A stretch of 64,000 nt of DNA, taken from positions 112,964,001-113,028,000 of the forward strand of contig OZ024745.1 of NCBI GenBank assembly GCA_964016885.1. Reading direction: 5' to 3'. Shown in pieces: positions 14,051 through 26,383 of this stretch (position 1 is the stretch's first letter; every line of letters begins with the position of its first letter). The stretch comes from Eledone cirrhosa (Eukaryota). The notes under the pieces were generated by a model. That model had not been told where the DNA came from. It saw only the letters and a program-made list of their open reading frames with translations, and did no database searches. A program made the position numbers and the translations under genes.

Positions 14051-14299
14051 ATTGGCAATATTATATGTCAGCTCAACGATATGGAGCAGTTAATAGTATT
14101 AGTTATACTATTTATGGTTATGTAAATACAAAACCTTAAGCAGTTGTAAGTATTTTACACACACCCTAAATAGTGGTAGGCAGTATTGTATTACTACCTT
14201 ATTACCAGTAAGTTAAGTAGCTCAATGTAAAAACAACAGATGATTTACAGAGCAGTTATATGAAATATAAGAATCAAAGAACTGTTCAAAACATTATTG

Positions 14300-14346
14300 T
14301 GCTTACAGCTGTTTCCTCCAAACCGAGGTTTGGATTCTTCGGAGCA
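14300..14346 (-). ncRNA. Minimal hammerhead motif in 5' pLTR
   Basis: Identical to 10101-10147. Confidence 0.75.
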
Positions 14347-14421
14347 ATTTATTAATGCATGGACAGGATAATTTATTAATGCATTGACAGGATAATTTAT
14401 TAATGCATGGACAGGATAATT
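14346..14421. repeat. 3 x 24-bp chimeric junction repeat (AATTTATTAATGCATGGACAGGAT)
   Basis: Units at 14346, 14370, 14394; joins pLTR sequence to inverted ORF sequence. Confidence 0.92.
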
Positions 14422-14849
14422 GTAACTGTAGAGCTAATAGAACCTGCCCTTTAGATAAAAAATGCCTAACCAAGGATGTCATATACTCATGCACCGTCAC
14501 GACTAATAACTCTTCAGAAACCTATGTAGGCTCCACTTCTAACTGCTTCAAAATCAGATATAATTCGCACATCCACTCGTTCAAAAAGCACAGCCTAGCC
14601 AACTCCACCTCACTTTCTAGCTACATACACTATCTAAAATCTAAAAATAAACCATACACACTCAAATGGGAAGTGATAGGAAGCGCGACCTCGTACAAAC
14701 CACCTAATAAATTCTGTAACCTCTGTATACTAGAGACACACAATATTATCTTCTCCAACCGTAACCTACTTAACAAAAAATCTGAGGTGTTTGCAACTTG
14801 CCAGCACCGCCTCAGACATTCCTTCCAAGACTTTAAGCCCAATATATAG
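14411..14849 (+). pseudogene. Inverted duplicate of the GIY-YIG domain of the Naiad ORF (5'-truncated)
   Basis: Protein identical to the C-terminus of the 819-aa ORF except FQDFKPNI vs FQNFKPDI. Confidence 0.92.
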
Positions 14850-16293
14850 CAATGTCGGACTGGAACCTAACACCACATCTAGCATCAAACACCAGAGACA
14901 CACCTTATACTACATACCCAACACTAACTGATCCATTATAACACAAACAATGACATCCCTCTGGAACCCTTCGCAGGGAGAATACCCATTTACACCTCTA
15001 CGGCAGGTGTGACAACATCCACCCACTTGAACGGCACTACACCGCTCTAAGGGTATTTTGAGCATGAATTGATCGGTTGGATAGTGTGGTGCAGAGGAAA
15101 CACCTTCCTTAGACGGATGTAAAATGATTTAATCGAGTAGCGCTGTTGACCAGTAGGACCGGACTGCTGAGCGCAGTGAGTGAATGCATTCCAACTGCCG
15201 TGCGGGTTGTACGTATATGGATGATCTGACGGTCAGAGAGGGGTCGCGAGGACTGCGGATTGACCTTTGGCCGGCCTGGGGATAATTATCTTTCGACATC
15301 AAATGTAGCAAGCAATGACCCAGATCTTACCAGAGATCATTGGGTCCTGAAGCAAGCCTGCAATCACCGCGCCTGGTCATATGAGCAGACTACAACCACA
15401 GAGATCATTAATTTAGAATCCTCGCTCATCATCTATAATATCCATTTGTGGCACCTTAAGATGGGTTAATCCACCATAATAATATGATCACCTTCAGCAT
15501 AACTTAATTAAACTACTCTATAGTTAATACACTTTATGCTTTAAAAATCTCTCTTGGAAGATGCGCATCACCATGGAATTTAGGGTCTATATTGGGACAC
15601 ATTTTAATGGCTAGATATAGAAACCCCAGAGTTACCTCCCCGCATGCATTAACTCCCCTTAGCCACACACACACTTCCGGGCGGTATTCAATGGCGTTTC
15701 TAGAAACGTAACAACCTCCTGTATCGAACTAAAGAACACCAGACTACGATCTCTAACTGGATTGTCGTGGATTATGTGAAGGGCATATAATCGAAAAATA
15801 CACTCCCCTGACCATGAAAATGCCGAAGTACATGAAATACTTGTCATCCCTGCGCTGTGCATCTCCATTACTTATAACACTTTTAATGCTTGCACTATCT
15901 TTAATGCTTATAATATTTCTCCACACACAGACTATATCAATCATATAAAGAATTTGCCTCCAGATCTACCAACCTAACACTCTTATTTACCTACCTAAGT
16001 GCCTCTACCACACATATCTCTCTGCCACACTATATAAACAAGACGCACATGCGTGCCACACATATAACATTTGCACTATATAACCGCTTATCTTCATGTT
16101 GTATTTTAACCTATATTTTTTATTTTTGATTGTACCTATTAATATAAATGTAATCTCGAAGTGTGTACTGCCACTCTAAATTCTGTAATGAATGTTGACC
16201 CACAATGTTTGAATATGTATCAATGTTTGAATATGTATTGGTATGTCTCTCGACTGAAAAGGAGGTCATATAACTGTCCATGCATTAATAAAT

Positions 16294-16340
16294 TGCTCCG
16301 AAGAATCCAAACCTCGGTTTGGAGGAAACAGCTGTAAGCA
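16294..16340 (+). ncRNA. Minimal hammerhead motif in inverted copy
   Basis: Reverse complement of 10101-10147. Confidence 0.75.
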
Positions 16341-16400
16341 CAATAATGTTTTGAACAGTTCTTTGATTCTTATATTTCATACATATATGTATATATATAC

Positions 16401-16470
<70 letters not shown>

Positions 16471-16986
16471 GTATGTATATATATAAATTTACAAAAACAT
16501 TCTATATAATGACTTTTCATGCATTCACTGTTAAACAATTACATAGAAATTCTATTTCATTATTTACATGCCACAAACTTACCTCAATGCCAACTCATTG
16601 AAGTTAACGTAATCTGATCCCGTTTTACTTTCTTCTGTTTTAATTCCCATTGCTTCTTCGTCTTTCTCGTTTGTACAATTTGCAAAGATTTAATCATTTA
16701 TCGATTTTTCTTGTAACCACTCCATCTGATTGTCATTCATTTCTTCAATTTATTTTTTCCACTAGCAATAGCCAACAATGTTTCTCTGAGAATCATTATA
16801 AAGCTAGACGCATCACGGTACTCAACATATCAAATTCCAACTCAGAAATACATATAACGCCATTATTTGCTACTGAATGTTTTTTGAACGTCGACTTGAA
16901 TATTTCTTTCTTTCCTTCTTTCTTTCTTTTTTCTTTCGTTCTTTCTTTCTTTCCTCCCTGTCTTCACTTTATCTTTCTATTTCAAA

Positions 16987-17294
<308 letters not shown>

Positions 17295-17297
<3 letters not shown>

Positions 17298-17891
17298 ACC
17301 CCAGCACATAAATATAGTAACATTTTAAATAGAAATACCATTAAAATTTCTTACTCTACGACTCCTAACCTTGCACATAACATCACAGCTTCAAATTTAG
17401 CTAAACTACCTAGCCGTAGGAACACGTGCAACCCGGTAGCTAGTACTAACTGTAATTGTAGGAATCGGGTTGACTGCCCCCTATCCGGGAAATGCCTCTC
17501 TAGTAACATTGTCTACAAATGTAAGGTTGAAACACCCACGTCCCGTAGGGCCTACATAGGGTTAACCGCCAATAGATTCAAGCAGCGTCTTTACATGCAT
17601 ACCCATTCTTTTCTTAACCCTTTAAGAAGGAATATGATGTCACTTTCAGCTTATATCTGGCGTCTAAAAGACAACCACACCCAATATAAGTTACACTGGG
17701 AGATCCTAGCTAGGGCTAGATCGTATAACGGAAATAAGAGACCATGTGACCTCTGCGCCGCTGAGGCCCTGGAAATACTCTACGCCACAGACCACATCTT
17801 AAACAAAAAATCTGAAGCAATTTCGGCTTGTAAACATAAATTGCGCAAAACTTTCCTGTATTACAACCCCACATTATACCCTAACGGATAG
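17295..17891 (+). pseudogene. 5'-truncated second Naiad-type PLE (thumb end + Zn knuckle + GIY-YIG), open frame
   Basis: Frame open upstream of the listed ORF: [26 protein letters not shown]...NCNCRNRVDCPLSGKCLSSNIVYKC...AYIGLTANRFKQR...CDLCAAE...ACKHK. Confidence 0.9.
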
Positions 17892-18596
17892 TACGATCTA
17901 TACACGGATATTTTACGTCTTGATGTGGTAGCTCAGTATATTTTATGTTAATACCATTACTTATTCGTATAGGTAAGTATATATTACCTGTATGTTTTGT
18001 GAAGGTACGTATATTTTCTCGTACGTATATTTGCTTGTATATGTTATTGGCGTATATATTATATATACTGGTATATGTGCATTTGGTTATGTGATTACGG
18101 GAGTTTTGCGTCTGTGTGAGTATGCGGGTTCGTACGTATGTAGGGTGTGTGTATATGTGTACTTTGTGTTTTGGTTGACGTACGTCCGCGAACATGTGTC
18201 TTTACATATGGGTGTGTATGTGCGCGCGTTGTATACGTATTTATGTATGTATATTTATATACATTTATTTAATTATGTATACACGCGCACACACACACAC
18301 ACATGTGTATATATATATGTTTTTATTTATTTTTATGTTTATTTGGTGTATACGTTCGTATGTGTGCGGTACAGGCGTTGCGTTGGTTCTGTATGTGCGT
18401 GTGTGTGTGTGTGTGTGTGTTTTTTTTTTTAAATTTGTTGTGTACGTGCTTGTATTTGCATACCCATGGGGAGTGGTTTCGCGTATGCTTGCGTATGTAC
18501 GTATATGGATGTGTGTCTGTATATATTTAATTTCAATTACCTCTGTATTTTATTTACTTTATTCTTAACTCTGAAGCCGAGAATCATTCGGTTTCC

Positions 18597-18940
18597 TAAA
18601 TAGAATTTTAGTCTACGACTTCAGTTATACAATTTACGTGGTTTTGTCTTTGCGTGTAATTGTTTTCATTTTTCCACATAATGACGTATTATCTTCGTTT
18701 TTTCCGTTCATTGCCAGAGAACGTCTCCATGATCATCTAATAGAATATTAGTTTACGACTTCATTTATACCATAAACGTGGTTTTGTCTTCGCGTGTAAT
18801 TGTTTTCACTGGAATCAAATAATTGTTTCTACTTTTGGCATAAGGCCAGCAATTATCCCAGTGTATTACTGGAACCAAATAATGACGTATTATCTTCGTT
18901 TCTTTCCCATTCTTTGCCAGGGAACGTTTCCACGAACCAA
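18597..18940 (+). repeat. Diverged ~140-bp tandem duplication; second unit carries a 44-bp SINE 3' fragment with 16-bp TSD
   Basis: TSD ACTGGAA(T/C)CAAATAAT at 18808-18823 and 18868-18883. Confidence 0.8.
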
Positions 18941-18974
18941 AGTATCGTCTCCTTGTCTTCCTTCGGTTGCAACG

Positions 18975-19289
<315 letters not shown>

Positions 19290-19419
19290 AGAAAAAGAGA
19301 AAGAAAGAGAAATTTGTACTGGTACTTTGAAATAGCGATATATATATATGGATGTACGTATTGTATATTTAATGATATACTGTATGTTTATTTAAAAACC
19401 GATATCAATTTTGTCTTTT

Positions 19420-20370
19420 ATCCATCGATCCCACACAGCAGATCTCGCAGAACGCTATCATATGTCTTTTCAAAGACGACAAAGCAACAATATACTTCTT
19501 GGCAATACTCACGATTTCTCGAAGACCTGCTGCAGTGTGAATATTTGGTCGGCTGTAGCTCTGTCCGTGGCGAAAACCACACAGTTCATCAACTAGTTTG
19601 GACACGACAATCTTCCTGCATCTCTTTGCCAGAAACTTAGCATAGACTTTACCGGGGAAGCTTAACAAGGAGATCCCTTGCAATCTGAATTCCTTATCCA
19701 CCAAAGCGTCCCACTTTATCCTGTAGCTCGCCCTGGACCTGCCAGTTATGTGGGCTTCTTTGGCTTTAAGTAGTCTCAAATTTGTAGATAACTAGATGGT
19801 GATCAGTTGATATCACAGTCCCTCTCTTAACACGAACATTCAGTACAAAATCTAAGGTATCAGAGACAATAACAAAAACAATTATTGATCCCTGTTCCTG
19901 ATTCCTCTTATACCATCTATATTTATGGATGTCTCTGTGCTGAAAGAAGGGGTTCATAAAAGAGATTCCATTACTAGAACAGAAGTCTAATAAAGCCTCT
20001 CCATTCGTATTTAGATCGGGGTGACCATTCCTTCAAATCACTCCTTTCTATGTTAGGTTGTCAGTGACAACATGTGCATTGATGTCTCCCATCTGGATAT
20101 ATGACTCAGTCTTAACTACATCTAATGCTGCAGTGACTTCATCAAAGAAAGACCTGTATTCGGACTCCTTGTCTGATGCATAAACTTGCACTTCCCACAG
20201 CTTAAGCTTCAAGAGGCAAATCCTCCCTCTTATTGGGATCTAGTCCATAACATATTCTGACTGCCGAGGGCTTGTGAGTATTTCCACCCCACCTATGCAG
20301 TCATTTCTGGCACCTCACCTGAATAGTGGAGTTTCCAACCTCCATCCAAACTTACAGTATCAGAGCAGTT
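19420..20370 (-). pseudogene. RTE-clade LINE relic: AP endonuclease fused by internal deletion to RT N-terminal part
   Basis: VQVYA, MGDINAHV, NGEALLDFC, MNPFFQHRDIHKYRW, STDHHLV, then GISLLSFPGKVYAKFL..CGFRHG. Confidence 0.85.
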
Positions 20371-20439
20371 TCCTTATTCCATGATATTTAGCTTTATGTA
20401 TATGTTAGAAATCACATTAATCTCTCACGCTATTGATTT

Positions 20440-21330
20440 CTTCCAAGGGCTCTATCACAAAATTAATGGGGTATAATAAATTGTATCGATTTCCAAATGG
20501 TTTTATTTGATGAATCTCCGAGGAATGAAAACCAACATCAGTTACGGCGAGGTTTGAACTCAAAGGTTTGAATACAGAGGACCGGACCTAAATATCGCGA
20601 AACTGATTCTGTCATTCATTGTTTTAACATTAATATAAGGAGAATTCAAATCCCACAGAAGTGAACTTTGTTTTTCATCCTTCCAGATCAATAAAATAAA
20701 ATACCAGTCAAGTACTGGGATTGATTGAATCAATTTTACCCTTTCCCCAAAATTTGCTGGCCTTGTGCCTAAATTAGAAATCAATATAAATATGAGAACA
20801 AGAAAGTTCATTAATTCTTAGTGATCGTGTCGATTTATTTGTTTAAACGATTTATATTATCTATCCCGTAAAGATAAAAGACTAAATTGATTACAGGAAT
20901 ATTTGATCTCTGAACATAAAGGAAGGTAAATAAATGATAATTACTTTGATAGGCTCAAGGCCAGAAATTTTGAAAGGTGAGTTGAGTCGATTAAATGGAA
21001 TCTAAAAATTGACTAGTACAATATTTTATCGATCCTGTTAAGGAAGAAAGGTAAAGCTAACCTAGGAGGGATTTAAACTCTGTTACGGCTCTTTATGTTC
21101 TGAGTTCAAATCCCGCCGAGGCTAGATTTGCTATTCATCCTTGCGGTATCGATCAAATAAGACACCAGTAATCTACTGGGGTTAATTTAATCTACTTTCC
21201 CTTCCACCAAAATTGTTGACTTTGTGTCTAAATCAGAAACCATAATGTTTTATCAACTCCGGAAAAGTAGACGTTTGGGTAAATCTCGGCTGAATTTGAA
21301 CTCAGAAATACAAAAATGCGGCAACAAATA
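20440..21330. mobile_element. Cluster of about 5 old SINE copies in alternating orientation
   Basis: Degenerate B boxes and Meta cores at ~20550(-), 20645(+), 21070(-), 21103(+), 21295(-). Confidence 0.7.
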
Positions 21331-22203
21331 CTACATAAAATTGCCATCCCGAAGAATCAACGTGAAATAAAGTATCTTGCTCAAGAACACAGCGTGTCAC
21401 CCCCAACGATCGTGAGTTCAAAATCCTAACTAATAAATGCAGAGTTCGATTTTCTGTAGCGGCTGCTGTCCACATTTTTTCCCTGTCTATTTTACCCGAT
21501 TTTCTAAAGTTGTATTCATGGCTATTTTCATGCGTTCGAGGTTTTCTACCCCCTCTCTCTTTCTCTCTCTCTATCTATCTATCTCGTCCCCACTCTCTCT
21601 CTATATAGAGATATACACTTCGCTTTTGTATTTATTTTACAAAATTTCTTATCTGAAAACGTGTGTTGAAACAGATATTGTAATACTTTGGGCGGGTCAT
21701 GCGGCCAATAAAAACACACACACACACCTATTGATTTTCACTTCAATTTATTACTAATTTCGAATTGGTTGGTTTAATAACTAGATGTTATTTTGAATCC
21801 CACCTTCGTTCTGTCCTACACCATCTTGATTGAAGTGAAAACCAACATGTATTATGTATATATATGCATATATACATACACACACACACACATATATATA
21901 TATATATGTATATATATGTGTGTGTGTATGTGTGTGTGCATGTATATATATATATATATATGCGAATGTATATAACTTTGATACGCTTCGGCCAGTGTTG
22001 GCCCAAGACCATGTCTAACTTAATATATATTACACACACAGACAAACAGACACACATATATATGATAAAGTTATATCTGTATGATATACCCATATTGGAT
22101 ATGTATATATATATATTTATACAAGTTAGTGCAGTCTCGGTAACACACTTTGTATTTATACAGATATAACCTTATCATACACTTCGGGTGATAGCGCACT
22201 TCT

Positions 22204-22290
<87 letters not shown>

Positions 22291-22294
<4 letters not shown>

Positions 22295-22410
22295 GATAGA
22301 GACAGTTTTAAACAGGTTAGACCATTATTCAACAAAGTACTCGATATATGGGATAGTAGAGTGTGGGTATATTGTGTTGGAACGGCAAGATTTCAGCCAT
22401 CGGTCCCCCC
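22291..22410 (-). mobile_element. Diverged pLTR-end fragment related to the 26206/30247 family, between microsatellites
   Basis: CAGGT..GACCAT..CAAAGTACTC.ATA..GG.TAGTAGAGTG.GGGTA shared with 26231-26283. Confidence 0.55.
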
Positions 22411-22419
22411 TCTCTCTCT

Positions 22420-22531
<112 letters not shown>

Positions 22532-22871
22532 GAATGTATGTATATGAATGTATGTATAGTATATTTGGCAATATACCGGATGTTTAATTAAAAACATTTA
22601 GAAGACCATACGCTATCAGTTTTAAAGTAGTGACTATGTCACTTACTTCTTTTAGGCGAAAGAAGGGAGAGAAGCTGACAGTTTGTTTCACGCTGGTTGG
22701 CGTTCATCAGAGCCACGCACTCCCCGCTTCCGCCGAAAATTATAGAAGCTGGATTCTTATAGAATTCCAGTAATAATCAGGAGCTGATTATACAGAGCGA
22801 TTGCCGGTCCAGCAAAAATTAGGTATTAGGATTGGTGGTCTGAAATAGCGATGTATACATGAATGTATACA

Positions 22872-22935
<64 letters not shown>

Positions 22936-23029
22936 CGCGCGTGTGTGTGTGTGTGAGTGTGTGTGTGTGAGTGTGTGTGTATGTATGCATGTATGTGTGC
23001 GTGTGCTTTGCATTATTAAATACCACACG

Positions 23030-23215
23030 GTGGATTGGCAGTATCGGTAGAGGATCGGACGCCATGCTTTCCAGCATAGTTACGTCCCTTTACGATCTGA
23101 GTTCAAATCCCGCCGAGGTTGACTTTGCCTTTCATCCTTACGGGGTCGATAAAATAAAGTACCAGTAATGCACTGGGTAATTACTGGCCTTGTGCCTAAA
23201 GTAGAAACAATTATT
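23030..23215 (+). mobile_element. Full-length young tRNA-derived Meta-domain SINE with 18-bp TSD
   Basis: A box TGGCAGTATCGG, B box GAGTTCAAATCC; TSD ATTATTAAATACCACACG at 23012-23029 and 23210-23227. Confidence 0.92.
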
Positions 23216-23910
23216 AAATACCACACGAATATGATATTTCCGCCTAATGCTTGCAAAATAAAATAATTCATTAAATTAAATTTATCATTAATCTCATTGT
23301 TTTAAGTAGCCAGTTATTTCCAAAGTGATCTAATCATAGTTGACTACATTCGACATGCTGTTAAGTAATAATGTATCAATGATATATCATTAATATATAG
23401 TGCTATAGTGCTATGTTCTTTGCATGATTGTTGATGAAATTCTTGTAATAATGAATATAATTTAGTTTCCTTTGTAATCATGATACATATATCGCATAAT
23501 AATCTCCCCATGAAATTGATTGTTGAAGAAATTAGATTCCCTTCATGATCGCGAATAAATTATTAGTTTGATAGTTCTACGCTAATCAGCAGAGAAATTT
23601 TATGTCAATACAAATGTAATAAACTAATAAATTCTAAATATCATTTGGTTTTCATTGGATCAGGTTCCATAGTAACGCGAAATATTCTGCTACGCCCACC
23701 ACTCGCTCAAGTACTCCTTAAACACATGCTCACAAATACGTAACCACGCACACACAGAGATACAAACACAACCAGGCAGAGACGCAACTACACACACACA
23801 CGCCGCCTCCCTAATACATCTATCCAGATATCATCCCCACACAAACATACACATGCACACATACACACATACACAAACAAACAAACACACACACACATAT
23901 ATATATGTAC

Positions 23911-23941
<31 letters not shown>

Positions 23942-24229
23942 ATTTAATACAATAACAGAGATAGCTTTAAGCTAAACGCCGACTGGTAACCATCTCACTC
24001 AACAAACATTAGGTTATACGTTAGTATAAACCCAATTTAAGTGTTTGGGGTGCTAACTATATGTATTTTGTGGAAAGCCAGTTGTATTATTTTATATGAG
24101 ATATAATTAAAGTTAAAATATATATATGTATATATACATATATATATATATTGAATTCCGGATAAATTCTGATGCCATGGAGAGTAAGGGATGCTGACTC
24201 GTTGCCAGTTCCGCAATGCCACTATAGAA

Positions 24230-24283
24230 ATGACCATAGAAATGCACTATAGAAATGCACTATAGAAATGCACCATAGAAATA
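24230..24283. repeat. ~13-bp tandem repeat (CACTATAGAAATG) x4
   Basis: Direct reading. Confidence 0.85.
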
Positions 24284-25223
24284 TGTCGAAATTTTCGAAG
24301 GTCAGTAAATTTTTACTAGCACTGACCACTACTAGTTTAAAAATGTATCTCTAATGCCTCTAATCTGCCTCCTATTTCTGAATTTCTGAAATATAGAGTT
24401 TGCGTCAGCGTAAAGGTAATTTACCGTACCAACTTGTGCACCAGCAAAAGTCTCTTCATTAAGTATATATGTTTCTCATATATACACTTAATCTGTCGTA
24501 CAGTTTAACACAATCACCTGGCCATTAGATTTCTTTATCGGATCTACTCTGTCACAGAAATTCGAGTCAGATTTTCAATCTCAGGATAACTTTCCCTCTT
24601 CCTTTTACCAATACTGAAAATATTCATAGGCAATGTCTTTCCTCATTTGACAATGTCGTTAAAAGTAAATAGATAAAAACTTCGGAAATGCGTCCCTTCG
24701 CTACTTGCACTGCAGTGCAGGCAAAAAAACAAAAAAAAAACAAAAAAAAAAACAACAAAAAAAAACAACAGCAAAAAAAAAAAAACAAAAAAAAAACAAA
24801 AAAAAACAAAAAAAACTGCTCGCTCGCAACACAACGACAAAGTTACTGACCAACCCCAACTCTAAAGAAAATGCCAAGAAGCAAACGACGCTTCTTGTGA
24901 ATTCAAAGCTCTTCAAGCTCTTTAGGCTCGCCTAAGCAATCAATCTGCAACTCGCTCAGATGGTTTTTACTTTGCGAGATTCGTTTAATTATCACTAATC
25001 AACTAAGAAATGATTTGTAATTAGCATGCAAACGTTTGCTAATGACCAACTCCATGTTTAATATCTAATAACCATATTTAGAGGCTGGCTGGTTAAACCG
25101 CAGACATGTTAGATGTCAGAGTGAAAAATGGTTTACTATACGTATGATCGTAATTTTGTTTACAGTATTAATCTCGTTCATGTTATGTCGGTGCCGCAAT
25201 TGATTAACATTCACACACATATA

Positions 25224-25281
<58 letters not shown>

Positions 25282-25289
<8 letters not shown>

Positions 25290-25680
25290 TCTACTTTAGG
25301 CACAAGGCCAGCAATTACCCAGTGCATTACTGGTACTTTATTTTTATCGACCCCATAAGGATGAAAGGCAAAGTCAACCTCGGCGGGATTTGAACTCAGA
25401 TCGTAAAGGGACGTAACTATGCTGGAAAGCATGGCGTCCAACCCTCTACCGATACTGCCAATCAATATATATAATATATATATATAATAATTGTTTCTAC
25501 TATTGGCACAAGGCCAGCAATTACCCAGTACATTACTGGTACTTTATTTTATCGACCCCGTAAGGATGAAAGGCAAAGTTAACCTCGGCGGGATTTTAAC
25601 TCAGAATGGCAAGGATCGTAACTCTATGCGTCAAAGTATGGCGTCCGACCCTCTACCGATACTGCCAATCCACCGCCCTT
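25282..25680 (-). mobile_element. Two tandem full-length Meta-domain SINEs
   Basis: 25282-25465 and 25488-25680 are reverse complements of the 23030 copy. Confidence 0.92.
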
Positions 25681-25844
25681 ATATATATTAATATATATAT
25701 ATAATAATGCAAGGACGAATGGTTACTTCATCATTACGTTTATTGGTTGGCGACGGGCGTTTGGCTACTGATCAGCTCAATGTTTGATCTGTATCGATCT
25801 AGCCCGACTCTGGAATCAAAAGCTCGTCGGACGTCTGTGGTAGT

Positions 25845-25889
<45 letters not shown>

Positions 25890-25943
25890 GGAGATAGATA
25901 AATATACACGGGTGTGTATGATTGTGTATAGAAGATTATATTA

Positions 25944-26158
25944 ATAAAAGGAATTCCAACTTTGTCTGATTTACTCGTTTTATTTACAATCCTTTAAAAT
26001 TTATAATGGTATTAGAATGAAATAGTATGGTAGAATATAAATGTTAAGTTCAATTAACATTTAACATTTAATATTCTACCATACTATTTCATTATAATAC
26101 CATTATAAATTTTAAAGGATTGTAAATAAAACGAGTAAATCAGACAAAGCTGAAATTC

Positions 26159-26165
<7 letters not shown>
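25944..26165. repeat. Head-to-head palindrome of the Neptune-type pLTR 3' end
   Basis: ~100-bp arms match 35826-35939 and 51182-51294. Confidence 0.88.
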
Positions 26166-26205
<40 letters not shown>

Positions 26206-26207
<2 letters not shown>

Positions 26208-26383
26208 CGAAGGAAATGTGGTAAGGAACCAGGTGGACCATAACGCACCAAAGTACTCAATACTTAGGGTAGTAGAGTGGGTAATAGGAACAAGTAAGAC
26301 CCGACGGCTGAGCTCAAGCCGTTTCGACGGCTAATTAGCCGAAACGGCTTGAGCTCAGCCGTCGGGGTCTTACTTGTTCCTAT
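26206..26383 (-). mobile_element. PLE pLTR fragment with fold-back palindrome at hammerhead stem II, in (TA)n
   Basis: Palindrome 26284-26383 centred on GGCTAATTAGCC; same family as 30247-30439. Confidence 0.75.

Larger units (their letters stand above)
9897..16381 (-). mobile_element. Complete Naiad-type Penelope-like element with inverted 5' partial copy, inserted in (TA)n
   Basis: Direct 271-bp pLTRs 9897-10167 and 14096-14366 flank the ORF; inverted copy 14411-16381 matches 12029-10060; TA arrays on both sides. Confidence 0.93.

Noticed and set aside
14980-15092. HDV-like ribozyme in the Naiad 3' UTR
   Set aside because: Crossing helices exist, but there is no room for P3/L3 between the candidate P2 and P1'
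15120-15265. Resemblance to the U3/box C-D snoRNA 3' domain (CTGAGCG, CAACTGCCGT, GATGATC, GAGAGGG)
   Set aside because: Short scattered matches recalled from vertebrate U3; no box A region, proper terminal box D or closing stem; would need an Rfam hit
15313-15352. SECIS element (some Naiads encode selenoproteins)
   Set aside because: The ORF has no in-frame TGA, and the AUGA..GA quartet geometry and apical AA are not satisfied
10060-16381. DNA transposon with 2-kb terminal inverted repeats
   Set aside because: The arms include the GIY-YIG coding region and pLTR of a retroelement; no transposase
23030-23215. tRNA genes
   Set aside because: A/B boxes belong to SINE heads; no complete cloverleaf
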